Shown here: piece after piece, positions 36,577-46,700 of the stretch
Layout: every line of letters begins with the position of its first letter
Position numbering within the stretch: position 1 is the stretch's first letter
Assembly: GCA_944388565.1 (NCBI GenBank)
Contig: CALXJG010000004.1
Location: 501-64,500 of the forward strand
DNA: 64,000 bases
From: an uncultured Clostridia bacterium
GTDB taxonomy: Bacteria > Bacillota > Clostridia > TANB77 > CAG-465
Direction of reading: 5' to 3'
Translations under genes and position numbers: made by a program
Notes under the pieces: model-generated
Databases searched by the model: none
Seen by the model: only the letters and a program-made list of their open reading frames with translations
Told to the model about the DNA's origin: nothing

Positions 36577-38733
36577 ATGAAGATTTGGATTTTAACTACA
36601 GAATATCCGCCAGCTTTTGGTGGCGGAATAGGTACTTATGTAGAGAATGTTGCAAAAATGTATTCTGAGAAGGGTGAAAATGTAAAAGTAATATTAAGAG
36701 ATAATGAGGATTCTAGAGAATATAAAAATGATAATTTAGAGGTATGCAGATTTAAATTAAAATATGATGGGAATTACTTGTATATGGGAGAAATGCAATC
36801 TATGGCTTATCAATACTTTTGCTATTTAAACAAATTATTAGAAGAAGATAAACCAGACATTATTGAAATACAAGAATATAATGCCATAGGATATTATATA
36901 TTACAAAATAAGTATATTAACAATAATTATCTAAAAGATATTCCTGTAACTATACACTTACATACACCTCAATTTTCACTATATTCTATAAATAAGAATA
37001 TTAGCTATAAGCTACCTGATTATTGGATAGGTGAAATGGAAAAATTTTGTATTAAAGCTGCAGATGCTTTGTTATGTCCTAGTGAATTTTTAGCAGAAAG
37101 ATTACAATCCATTAATCCGGAATTACCAATAAAAGTTATTAATTTACCTTTTAATTTACCTAAAGATAACATGGATGAAGATATAGAAATTGATAATGAT
37201 TTATTTGTATATTTTGGAAGGACTGAGTATAGAAAAGGTGTTGAACAACTGGTTAAGTCTTTTGATATATTATGGGAAAGAGGATATAAATGTAAATTAA
37301 AATTAATTGGTGGAGATACAAAATTTTTCCCAAAAAATAAGAATCTTGGAGAAATACTTAAAGATAAGTATTCTAATAGAATTAAAGAAGGACTTTTATA
37401 TTTTCAAGATAACACACCACAAGATATTTTAATAAAGGATATAAAAAAGGCTAAAGCTGTTATAATACCATCTTTATATGAGAATTTTCCAAATACTTGT
37501 ATAATGTCAATGTGGTTAAGTAAACCTGTTATAGTTTCAAAACAAGGTGGACAGTCTGAGATGGTTGAAAAAGACGGAGTTAATGGTTATATTTTTGACC
37601 ACAATATAGAAGGTGATTTAGAAAATAAAGTTATAAAACTTCTTAACGATTCATCAGAGGATTTAAAGAAAATGGGAGAAAATGCTAAGAAAAGAATTAC
37701 AAAATTATGCAATGTAGAAGATAATTATATATTAAGAAAAGAATTCTTTAAATCTGTTATAAATAATTATAGAAAAAAAAGTAAATATCCTTTTTTAAAT
37801 GATACTTCAGCATATAGAAAAATAGCTGATAAGCAAAAAGGTAAATTGTCAGTTGTTATTCCATATTATAATATGGGTAAGTATATTGATGATACAATAA
37901 AAAGTATAGAGAATTCTTTATATAATAATATAGAGATAATAATTGTTAACGATGGTTCTAAAGAAGAGTTTAGTATAGAAGCATTAAAAAAATATAGAAA
38001 TAATCCAAAAATAAAAATAGTTGATATAAAAAATGCTGGATTAGCAAATGCAAGAAATGTTGGCGCATCAGTAGCAATAGGTGAATTTATAGCTTTTTTG
38101 GATGCGGATGATATGGTTGAAAAAACTTTTTATACTAAAGCTATTAATATACTTAATAGATTTGACAATGTATCATATGTTTATAGTTGGGTTAAATATT
38201 TTGAAGGCAGCGAAGGAATATGGACTACATTTGATGTTCAATTACCATATATATTATGCCATAATATGTTAAATGCTAATACTCTAATCAGAAGAGAAGA
38301 TTTTATAAAATATGGTCAAAATAGAGTAGAAATGGAATATGGAATGGAAGATTATGACATGTGGATATCATTAGCTGAAAACAATTGTTTTGGAGTGTGT
38401 ATACCGGAATTTTTATCTTTATATAGGGTAAGAAGTGATTCTATGGCAAGAGGTTTTAATGTTAATAATTTGTTATATTTAACAGAAATAATAACCAAAA
38501 ATCATACAAAGATATATCAAGAATATGCTACTGAGTTATATAATATTTTATCAGCAAATGGACCTTCCTATAAATATGATAATCCATCTGTTGGTGTAAT
38601 AGCGGATAAAGATGTTGTTTATATTAAACCTAGTTTAAAAGATTTTCTTTGGAGATTTAAGATATGGAGAGTATTTATTAAAGTTTTACAAAAGACAGGA
38701 TTAATGAAAGTATTAAAATCTTTAAAGAGTTAA
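36577..38733 (+). CDS. bifunctional glycosyltransferase (N-terminal GT-B/GT4-like + C-terminal GT2)
   Basis: 718 aa. N-terminal half has the E...E GT4 region (PSLYENFPNTCIMSMWLSKPVIV). C-terminal half has LSVVIPYYN...IVNDGS...DADD. Confidence 0.85.
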   Translation: MKIWILTTEYPPAFGGGIGTYVENVAKMYSEKGENVKVILRDNEDSREYKNDNLEVCRFKLKYDGNYLYMGEMQSMAYQYFCYLNKLLEEDKPDIIEIQEYNAIGYYILQNKYINNNYLKDIPVTIHLHTPQFSLYSINKNISYKLPDYWIGEMEKFCIKAADALLCPSEFLAERLQSINPELPIKVINLPFNLPKDNMDEDIEIDNDLFVYFGRTEYRKGVEQLVKSFDILWERGYKCKLKLIGGDTKFFPKNKNLGEILKDKYSNRIKEGLLYFQDNTPQDILIKDIKKAKAVIIPSLYENFPNTCIMSMWLSKPVIVSKQGGQSEMVEKDGVNGYIFDHNIEGDLENKVIKLLNDSSEDLKKMGENAKKRITKLCNVEDNYILRKEFFKSVINNYRKKSKYPFLNDTSAYRKIADKQKGKLSVVIPYYNMGKYIDDTIKSIENSLYNNIEIIIVNDGSKEEFSIEALKKYRNNPKIKIVDIKNAGLANARNVGASVAIGEFIAFLDADDMVEKTFYTKAINILNRFDNVSYVYSWVKYFEGSEGIWTTFDVQLPYILCHNMLNANTLIRREDFIKYGQNRVEMEYGMEDYDMWISLAENNCFGVCIPEFLSLYRVRSDSMARGFNVNNLLYLTEIITKNHTKIYQEYATELYNILSANGPSYKYDNPSVGVIADKDVVYIKPSLKDFLWRFKIWRVFIKVLQKTGLMKVLKSLKS

Positions 38734-38739
38734 AAATAG

Positions 38740-38985
38740 GTGAGTTTTATGGATATAAATGAAAAAGAAATAATTATAAAAGAATTGCAAATAGAGGTTG
38801 AAGTTTTAAGTGAAAAAGTTTCTTCTTTGTTGGAAAAAGAGCACATAATTAAAGAAAAAGATATAAAAATTAATGAGTTAATTCAAAGTAATAGGGATAA
38901 AGAAAAAGTCATTGATCAAATAGTGAATTCTAGAACTTTTAAAATAGTTGATTCAATTAATAAGTTCTTTAGAAGAAAGGTATAG
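38740..38985 (+). CDS. small coiled-coil protein
   Basis: 81 aa, heptad-rich (KELQIEVEVLSEKVSSLLEKEHIIKEKDIKINELI). C-terminal NSRTFKIVDSINKFFRR. Confidence 0.45.
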   Translation: MSFMDINEKEIIIKELQIEVEVLSEKVSSLLEKEHIIKEKDIKINELIQSNRDKEKVIDQIVNSRTFKIVDSINKFFRRKV

Positions 38986-38986
38986 T

Positions 38987-40006
38987 ATGGGTAAAAAGAA
39001 AAAAATTGCTTTAATTGTAGATGTAAATAATTGGACTTTATTTAATATTGCTAATAATATAAAGAATAGTTTAAGTGAATATTATGAAATTGATGTATAT
39101 TCTGCTACTATTTTCGATGGTAACATGGTTAAAATGTTTTTGTTGTGCAGAGACTACGATTTAATACATTTTTTATGGAGGGGCTTATTATCTTTAATTG
39201 ATACAGATACATTTAATTATCAGGCAAGTAATTTGTTTTTTGAAAGAAATGAATTCATACAAAAATTTATTAAAAGTAAAAAAATTACTACTGCAGTCTG
39301 TGACCACTTATACTTAAATAGTGAAGAATTTGAAATAACAAAGTCACTTCTTAAATATGTAGATAATTACTTTGTAATTTCAAAAAAAATTTTTGATATT
39401 TATTCAAATTTGGAGGGAATAAAAAAGCCCTATGGTATTATTCATGATTCTGTAGATTTAAATCTATATAGACCAAGTAATTTAGAGAGATTTAATAATA
39501 TACAAAAATTATATGTGGGTTGGGTAGGGAATAGTAAGTTTACAGATTCAGACAAAGATTCTGATTTAAAAGGTGTAAATAATATAATTAAACCCGCAAT
39601 AAATGAACTTATTGAAAGTGGATATAATATAGAAATGAAATTTGCTGATAGAAATGAAAGATTAATCCCTCAATCACAAATGCCAGAATATTATAACCAA
39701 ATACACTTGTATGTATGTGCTTCTAAAACAGAAGGAACACCTATGCCTTTATTAGAGAGTATGGCGTGTGGTGTACCAATTATTTCAACCGATGTTGGAA
39801 TAGCAAGAGAGGCTTTTGGTCAGAAGCAACAAGAATTTATATTAAAGGAACGAACAAAAGACGCTTTAAAGCAAAGTATTATTAAATTAATTGAAAACAA
39901 GGAAAAATTAAAAGAGTTATCAATAGAAAATATAAGTCATGTAAAGAACTGGTCTTGTGAAAAAAATGCGATAGAATATAAAAAATTTTTTGATGCCAAC
40001 TTATAA
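38987..40006 (+). CDS. glycosyltransferase, GT-B fold (GT4-like)
   Basis: Start at ATG 38987, 1 nt after the upstream stop. C-terminal ASKTEGTPMPLLESMACGVPIISTDVG. Confidence 0.8.
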   Translation: MGKKKKIALIVDVNNWTLFNIANNIKNSLSEYYEIDVYSATIFDGNMVKMFLLCRDYDLIHFLWRGLLSLIDTDTFNYQASNLFFERNEFIQKFIKSKKITTAVCDHLYLNSEEFEITKSLLKYVDNYFVISKKIFDIYSNLEGIKKPYGIIHDSVDLNLYRPSNLERFNNIQKLYVGWVGNSKFTDSDKDSDLKGVNNIIKPAINELIESGYNIEMKFADRNERLIPQSQMPEYYNQIHLYVCASKTEGTPMPLLESMACGVPIISTDVGIAREAFGQKQQEFILKERTKDALKQSIIKLIENKEKLKELSIENISHVKNWSCEKNAIEYKKFFDANL

Positions 40007-40016
40007 TGGAGGAGTT

Positions 40017-41768
40017 ATGATTGATATATATATATTAGATACAAACATTAATAATAAAAAGTATTCCAAAATTACTGACTTTAATATTAATATTATTAAT
40101 AAAGCTAAAATTGAAGAATATAAAAATAAAATAAAAGATGATATATCAGAAAATAGTATATTTTATTTTGATTATTTAAGATTATATATAGCATACGAAA
40201 ATAAAGGCTTGATAGTAGATGGGGATATTGAAATTGTATCAGATTTAACATCTTTATTATTAGATGACTTATTTTTAGGGTATAATAATACAAATACAAT
40301 ACTTACTAATATAATATATACTAAAACTAAACATAATGATAAAATAAGAAAAGTGCTAGACGTTATAAAAAAACAAGATTCTGATGTGAATTCTAAAGTG
40401 GATATTACAGATATATTTTCATTAGTTTTTAATGTAAACTTTAAATCTAAAATTAATACTACTTTAAAGTTGAAAGATAATATTACGATTTACTCATATG
40501 ATTACTTTTATCCTATAGATTATGAGGGAAACGGTAAAAAATTTACTGAAAATACAAAAATAATATTCTATAAAAATTCAAAACTCAGTTATAAGCAAGC
40601 ATTAAAATTAAAATTGTTTAAAAAATATGGTGCAAGTTCATCTAAATATTTATCTACAATGTTTGATGTTTTTAGGTTTAATTTAGCAAGAAAAAAATAT
40701 GCCCTACAATTAAAATTAGGTATTGGAATAAACAATAAACGAATTAGTAGTAGAGTAAAAGAATCTATAAAACTTTTAGACAAATACCAAAATGCTCAAT
40801 ATATTATAATACACAATCCTTATTGGTTAGGAGTTACTAGTGCCACAAAAGAATTATTTACAAATTTGTTACCTTTGGAAGAACTATATAAAAAACAAGA
40901 TATAGAAAAATTAGCACGAAAAATTTGTAATTCTAATATAAATCAAGTAATATTTAGTTCATTTAATTTTGGTTGGGACAAACTTGCATATAAATTAAAA
41001 GAATACAAAAAAAGTATAAAAATCAAAGTCTTTTGGCATGGCAGCAACTCGCAAGTAATTGAAAGTCAAAATTGGATAACGAATGTTAAGGCACTAAATT
41101 TGCAAAAAGAAGGAATTGTAGATGTATTTGCTACATGTAAGGAAAGCATGTTAGAATTTTATAAATATCATGGTTATAATGTTGCATTTATAAAGAATAA
41201 TGTAAATTTAAATGAAGATTTGATAAATGAAATTTCAAAATTAAAGATGGATAATAAAAGTAAGAGTGATAAATTAAAAATAGGTATATATAGTGCAAAT
41301 ATGGATTGGAGAAAAAATATGTTTAATCAACTTGCTGCCGCATCTTTAATTAACAGTTCAGAAATTTATAGCATTCCTTTAAATTTTGATGCACAAGTGT
41401 TTTGCTCTAGAGCAGATATAGAAATTTGTGGATTAAATAAAAGTGTATCAAGAGAAGAACTTCTAACTAGAATGTCACAAAACGATATAAACTTATATGT
41501 TACTTTTTCTGAATGTGCACCAATGTTGCCTATTGAAAGTATGGAACTAGGGGTGATTTGTATAACTGGTAATACACACCATTATTTTAAAGGTACTTCG
41601 CTTGAGGATTATTTGGTTGTAGATAGAGAAGATGATGTTATATCAATTTCTGAAAAAATTATATTTGCATTAGAAAATAAAGAAGAGATATTTAGATTAT
41701 ATAGGCAATGGAAGAACAATTATAATAAAGAAAGCAAGAAGAGTGTTGAAGATTTTTTGAGTATTTAA
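40017..41768 (+). CDS. two-domain putative glycosyltransferase (N-terminal DXD/GT32-like + C-terminal divergent GT-B-like domain)
   Basis: Start at ATG 40017 after GGAGGAG. N-terminal FDYLRLYIAYENKGLIVDGDIEI. The C-terminal ~340 aa is paralogous to the next ORF. Confidence 0.6.
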   Translation: MIDIYILDTNINNKKYSKITDFNINIINKAKIEEYKNKIKDDISENSIFYFDYLRLYIAYENKGLIVDGDIEIVSDLTSLLLDDLFLGYNNTNTILTNIIYTKTKHNDKIRKVLDVIKKQDSDVNSKVDITDIFSLVFNVNFKSKINTTLKLKDNITIYSYDYFYPIDYEGNGKKFTENTKIIFYKNSKLSYKQALKLKLFKKYGASSSKYLSTMFDVFRFNLARKKYALQLKLGIGINNKRISSRVKESIKLLDKYQNAQYIIIHNPYWLGVTSATKELFTNLLPLEELYKKQDIEKLARKICNSNINQVIFSSFNFGWDKLAYKLKEYKKSIKIKVFWHGSNSQVIESQNWITNVKALNLQKEGIVDVFATCKESMLEFYKYHGYNVAFIKNNVNLNEDLINEISKLKMDNKSKSDKLKIGIYSANMDWRKNMFNQLAAASLINSSEIYSIPLNFDAQVFCSRADIEICGLNKSVSREELLTRMSQNDINLYVTFSECAPMLPIESMELGVICITGNTHHYFKGTSLEDYLVVDREDDVISISEKIIFALENKEEIFRLYRQWKNNYNKESKKSVEDFLSI

Positions 41769-41781
41769 GGATGGTAGAAAT

Positions 41782-42843
41782 ATGTCGAGACATATGAAAA
41801 AAATAAGAAATATAATATTAAAAAAAGGTTATGATAAGGAAGAATTAGATAGGATTAAGAATGAAATTATAGTAAATAAAAAGTCAGGTATTTTAGCAAT
41901 ATATAATCCTGAGTGCATTGGAATAATGAATGCAACTAAAGATTTATTTGAAAATTCTGTCGCTATAGGTGAAATTTTTTCATCTAAAATGGCTAATGAA
42001 ATATCTGATAGTATTATTGAAAATGATATAATGCAAGTAGTTTTTGCATCTAATTGTTTAGGGTGGAAAGAATTAGTTGAAATATTGAAAAATAAAAAGC
42101 CAGAAATTAAAATAAAATTTACGTGGCATGGTTCTCATTCAATGTTTGTACAAAGAGATGAATCTTATTTTTTATATATGATTTTAGAGTTATTAGATAG
42201 AGGATTAGTTGATTCTATTGGATTTGCTAAAGAGAGTATGGCAATTTATTATAAACAAAAAGGGTATAATTCATATTTTTTGCCAAATACCGTAAAAAAT
42301 ATAAAAAGTGAATTTAAAAATGATGATATAAGTTCAAATGATAATATAAAAATAGGATTATATTCAGCAGGAAATAGATGGGAAAAAAATACTTTTAATC
42401 AACTTAGTGCTATATCAATGTTAAGTAATGTAGAAGTTGATATAGTTCCAGTAACACCGCTGGTAAAAGATTTTTGCAAGATGATGAAAATAAGAATGAA
42501 AGATGAAAATTCTAAATATTTAAAAAGGGAAGTTCTGTATTCAAGAATGTCACAAAATGATATGAATTTGTATGTTACTTTTACTGAATCTTCACCTGTA
42601 ACACCACTTGAGAGTTTTGAACTTGGTGTTCCTTGTTTAACTGGTAATAATCATCATTATTTTAGAGGGAGTAAATTAGAAGATTATTTGATTGTAAGAG
42701 CAGAAGATGATATTAATGAAATATATTCAAAAATAAATAATATTCTGAAAAAAAAGACCGAAATAATGAAATTATATAAAATATGGAAAACAGATTATGA
42801 TAAGAAAGTAGAAGAATACTTTAAAGATTTTTGTAGAAGTTAG
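41782..42843 (+). CDS. divergent GT-B-like putative glycosyltransferase (paralog of the C-terminal domain of the upstream gene)
   Basis: 353 aa. Shares WHGS, KIG(I/L)YSA...W.KN.FNQL and RMSQND.NLYVTF.E..P..P.ES.ELGV.C.TGN.HHYF.G..LEDYL.V with ORF 40017-41768. Confidence 0.55.
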   Translation: MSRHMKKIRNIILKKGYDKEELDRIKNEIIVNKKSGILAIYNPECIGIMNATKDLFENSVAIGEIFSSKMANEISDSIIENDIMQVVFASNCLGWKELVEILKNKKPEIKIKFTWHGSHSMFVQRDESYFLYMILELLDRGLVDSIGFAKESMAIYYKQKGYNSYFLPNTVKNIKSEFKNDDISSNDNIKIGLYSAGNRWEKNTFNQLSAISMLSNVEVDIVPVTPLVKDFCKMMKIRMKDENSKYLKREVLYSRMSQNDMNLYVTFTESSPVTPLESFELGVPCLTGNNHHYFRGSKLEDYLIVRAEDDINEIYSKINNILKKKTEIMKLYKIWKTDYDKKVEEYFKDFCRS

Positions 42844-42852
42844 AGGAGAAAA

Positions 42853-43947
42853 ATGAACAAGAAAATATTATCAATTGTTATACCAGTATATAACACAGAA
42901 AAATATTTGCCTAGATGCCTCGATAGTGTTATATCATCAATTAATTTTATGGAAAATGATACACAAATTATAGTGATAAATGATGGCTCTAAAGGTAATT
43001 GCGATAAAATCATTGAAAGTTATTTAAATGTTTATAAAGGTTTAATAATGTATATAAAGCAAGATAATAAAGGTCTTGCGGAAACAAAAAATATAGGTAT
43101 TAAAAATTCAATAGGCAAATACATAAGTTTTATAGATTCTGATGATTTTGTAGATGAAAATTTTTATATAGATGCATTTAAATTAATTTATGCTAAAAAC
43201 GCGGATATTGTTATTTGCGATTGGGAAACAATTGACAAGGATAAGAAATTTATAGTTCCAGCTAAAGATGAAAGATATAGTAATAGTAAGCTTGGTTATA
43301 TAGATGTCCAGATAATGCCATCTTCATGCAATAAGATAGTAAAAAAAGATTTATTTAATAATCTATTTTTTCCTATAGGATTGAGATATGAAGATCTAGC
43401 AACCACATTGATATTATTACTTAGAGCAAACAAGATTTGTTATTTAAATAAACCTTATTATAAATATTTTTTATCAGATTCGTCGATTATGAGAAGTGAA
43501 TTTGATGAAAAAAAATTTCAAATGATAGATATTTTTGAAATTTTATTTGAAAGACTAGATGATATGAATATTAGTATTACTGATAAAGAAATGTATAAAT
43601 ATATGACTTATACAAGAAGATTTTATGAGGAGTTATTAGAGCAAATTGCAATAAATAGTAAAAATAGTATAGAGAAAAAAAGGTTATGCAAAATATTTTG
43701 TGAAAAGATATGTAGAATTAATAAATTAATGTGCAGTAATAAATATTTTTATAGAAATATTTTTAAAAGTAAAAGTTTTATAAGAAATATATCAAATAGA
43801 ATATTACATTATTTTATTAATAATAATCATTATCAATTATTATATTTTATGTTAGATAAAAAAATATATTATCGTTTTATTTCTGTTAGATATATAGGAA
43901 AAGATATTATAAGTTTTATTGAGAAAAAGGAGAATAAATATGAGTAA
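42853..43947 (+). CDS. glycosyltransferase family 2
   Basis: 364 aa. LSIVIPVYNTEKYLPRCLDSV, INDGSKGN and DSDD. Confidence 0.88.
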   Translation: MNKKILSIVIPVYNTEKYLPRCLDSVISSINFMENDTQIIVINDGSKGNCDKIIESYLNVYKGLIMYIKQDNKGLAETKNIGIKNSIGKYISFIDSDDFVDENFYIDAFKLIYAKNADIVICDWETIDKDKKFIVPAKDERYSNSKLGYIDVQIMPSSCNKIVKKDLFNNLFFPIGLRYEDLATTLILLLRANKICYLNKPYYKYFLSDSSIMRSEFDEKKFQMIDIFEILFERLDDMNISITDKEMYKYMTYTRRFYEELLEQIAINSKNSIEKKRLCKIFCEKICRINKLMCSNKYFYRNIFKSKSFIRNISNRILHYFINNNHYQLLYFMLDKKIYYRFISVRYIGKDIISFIEKKENKYE

Positions 43948-44866
43948 AATAGCAGTATTAATACCTTGTTATAATGAAGAGGTAACAATAACTAAAGTAG
44001 TAAATGACTTTAAAAAAGAGTTGCCTAATGCGGATATTTATGTTTACAACAACAATTCAATAGATAAAACAGAAGAATTAGCTAAAAAAGCTGGTGCAAT
44101 TGTTGTAAATGAATATAAACAAGGAAAAGGAAATGTAGTAAGAAGTATGTTTAGGGATATAGATGCTGATGTATATGTTATGGTAGATGGCGATGATACT
44201 TATCCAGCATCTGAAGTTCATAAACTTGTAAAAGTAATTGAAGAAAAAAAAGCTGACATGGTTATTGGTGATAGACTTTCTAATGGGACATATGGTTCTG
44301 AAAACAAAAGGGCTTTTCATGGACTTGGTAATGATTTAGTAAAAAACTCAGTAAACTTTTTATTTAAAACTAAACTTAAAGATATAATGACTGGTTATAG
44401 AGCTTTTAATAGAGATTTTGTTAAGAATTTTCCTGTTTTAAGTAAAGGTTTTGAGATAGAAACAGAACTTACTTTTCACTCTTTAGATAGAAATTATAGA
44501 ATTGTAGAAGTACCAATTACTTATAAAGATAGACCAGAAGGAAGTTTTTCAAAACTTAACACTTTTTCAGATGGTTTTAAAGTTTTATTTACAATATTTA
44601 GAATGTTTAAAGATTATAAACCATTTACTTTTTTTGCAATAATTGCTTTAATATTATTAGTTGTATCATTATGTTTAGGCTTACCATTATTTTTTGAATA
44701 TTTTAGAACCGGTATAGTAACAAAATTTCCTACTGGTATTCTTGCTACAGGTATTGCTATTTGTAGTTTGTTATTATTCTCGGTTGGGACTGTTTTAGAT
44801 ACTATAGTAAGGCAACATAAGGAACAATTGGAAATATTGAGAACAATAAATAGAAAATCACTATAA
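43940..44866 (+). CDS. membrane-anchored GT2 (polyprenol-phosphate glycosyltransferase-like)
   Basis: Start at ATG 43940 (8-nt overlap with the upstream gene). IAVLIPCYNEE, VDGDDTYP and two C-terminal TM helices. Confidence 0.82.
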   Translation: MSKIAVLIPCYNEEVTITKVVNDFKKELPNADIYVYNNNSIDKTEELAKKAGAIVVNEYKQGKGNVVRSMFRDIDADVYVMVDGDDTYPASEVHKLVKVIEEKKADMVIGDRLSNGTYGSENKRAFHGLGNDLVKNSVNFLFKTKLKDIMTGYRAFNRDFVKNFPVLSKGFEIETELTFHSLDRNYRIVEVPITYKDRPEGSFSKLNTFSDGFKVLFTIFRMFKDYKPFTFFAIIALILLVVSLCLGLPLFFEYFRTGIVTKFPTGILATGIAICSLLLFSVGTVLDTIVRQHKEQLEILRTINRKSL

Positions 44867-44888
44867 TAAAATGGAGGAATAAATACAG

Positions 44889-46700
44889 ATGGAACAAGGT
44901 AAATCTTTAATAGTAAAAAGTAGGAAAATAGAAGTTATAGACGTTATTATTCTATTAATTACTTTAGGAATTTTTATGCTGTCTTTACTTTCTTTCTATC
45001 CTGGAATTATGACTAATGATTCTGTAGATCAATGGAATCAGATTTCTAATAATGCATACACTTCATGGCATCCGATTTTTCATACTTTATTTGAAAAATT
45101 AATAACTATTTTTTGGAAAAGTCCAGCTGCAATTGCAATATTTCAATCAGCTATTTTTGCTTTTTTGCTTACAATAATTGCTAAAATATCAAGAAATGGT
45201 TATGGTAAAAGAGTCTGGTTAAATATATGTCAGCTTTTAATCATAATTTGTATTTGTTTTATACCTGTAAACCTTATATATCCAATTACACTTTGGAAAG
45301 ACGTAATGTATACTTTTTCTTTACTTGCTTTGTTTTATTATATATTTTTAGGTATAAAGAATAATTTTGAATATAAAAAGAAAGATTTAATTGTTATTGC
45401 TATAATACTTGCTTGTATATCTTCATTTAGACTTAATGGTATTGTAGTAACAGCTTTAGCATTTGCAATAATATTTTTATTTTGTATAAAAAGAAAAATA
45501 ATTATCAAATTCTTTAAGTTTTTAGGGGTTTTTATACTAGTATTTTTTATATTGAATATCCCAACGTTTTTAGTAAATAAAGTTGAAGGAGAGACGAGAT
45601 ATAAAAACGGAGTATATATACATATAACAGGTGCATTATTAAGTGAGGGAAAGATTACGGAGGAGGAAGATATTAATTTTTTAAATACTATATTGGATAC
45701 TGAACTTTGGAAAAAATATTATAAACCATATACTCATGATGGAATAATGTTTTCTAAGGAGATGAAAGAAGCTGATAAATTAGTGTCAGAAAACTCAGAG
45801 CAATTAAGAAAGATAGCTATTAAATATACTATAAGAAATCCATTAACAGTAATAAAACACTATTATCGTTTAACTGCGATAACATGGAGAATATTACCTT
45901 TTGAAGATGCAAATTATTATTCATTCTCTTTTGTAACCGAGTCTTCAGTAGGAAAAGATTCGCCTCTTGCTACAAATCCAAAATTTGAGTTAGGTAATGA
46001 ATATATTAAAAAGATTCATAATGTTATTACTAATAACAAAGTTTTAAATATATTATTTTATAGACCTGCTTTACATATGTATGTAGCTATAATTTGTTGT
46101 TTAGCTCTTTCTATTATGAAAAAGAAGAAAAGATATATGCTATTATTAACACCTATGCTATTTAATACAATAAGTTTCTTACCAGCATTACCAGCGCAAG
46201 ATTTTAGGTATTTTTATATAAATTTACTTACTATGTGTATGTCTGTGTTAATAGTATCTTGTGAACTAATTAATTATTGTTATGATAATAAGAAATTTAG
46301 GGCTGGATTTCTTTACTTAGTATTTGGAGGAATAACAACAGTATTAAATATTTTTACTTATTTTATTTGTGTAAATTTATTTGATTTGAATTATATTATA
46401 GCTAATATCATAGCCTGGATAGTAGCTGTTTTAGTAGCGTATATTACAAATAAGTTTTATGTTTTCGAAAGCAAAGAGGTTACTATAAAATGTTTTTTAA
46501 AAGAAATTTTATTGTTTTTTGGAGCAAGAATAGCAACTTTAATTTTAGAAACTTTATTTTTGTATATAACTATTAAATGTTTATCAATGAATGAAATGTT
46601 AGCTAAGATTATATCCAATATAATTGTTTTAATCGCTAATTATATATTAAGTAAATATATGATATTTAAAAAAGAAAGAGGAAAAGTTTATGAAAAATAG
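44889..46700 (+). CDS. polytopic membrane protein (GT-C-like, putative polymer glycosyltransferase) fused to a C-terminal GtrA-like domain
   Basis: 603 aa. More than 10 TM segments with a central soluble loop. The last ~130 aa (FLYLVFGGITTVLNIFTYF...AYITNKFYVFES...) match the 4-TM GtrA pattern. Confidence 0.65.
   Translation: MEQGKSLIVKSRKIEVIDVIILLITLGIFMLSLLSFYPGIMTNDSVDQWNQISNNAYTSWHPIFHTLFEKLITIFWKSPAAIAIFQSAIFAFLLTIIAKISRNGYGKRVWLNICQLLIIICICFIPVNLIYPITLWKDVMYTFSLLALFYYIFLGIKNNFEYKKKDLIVIAIILACISSFRLNGIVVTALAFAIIFLFCIKRKIIIKFFKFLGVFILVFFILNIPTFLVNKVEGETRYKNGVYIHITGALLSEGKITEEEDINFLNTILDTELWKKYYKPYTHDGIMFSKEMKEADKLVSENSEQLRKIAIKYTIRNPLTVIKHYYRLTAITWRILPFEDANYYSFSFVTESSVGKDSPLATNPKFELGNEYIKKIHNVITNNKVLNILFYRPALHMYVAIICCLALSIMKKKKRYMLLLTPMLFNTISFLPALPAQDFRYFYINLLTMCMSVLIVSCELINYCYDNKKFRAGFLYLVFGGITTVLNIFTYFICVNLFDLNYIIANIIAWIVAVLVAYITNKFYVFESKEVTIKCFLKEILLFFGARIATLILETLFLYITIKCLSMNEMLAKIISNIIVLIANYILSKYMIFKKERGKVYEK

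Noticed and set aside
38987-39010. A7 tract in the first codons of a GT gene (also A8 at the mreD start, 29454-29461), considered as possible slipped-strand phase-variation sites.
   Set aside because: A/T homopolymers of 7-8 nt are frequent throughout this ~27% GC sequence, including in essential genes. There is no evidence of alternative frames restoring or truncating the products.
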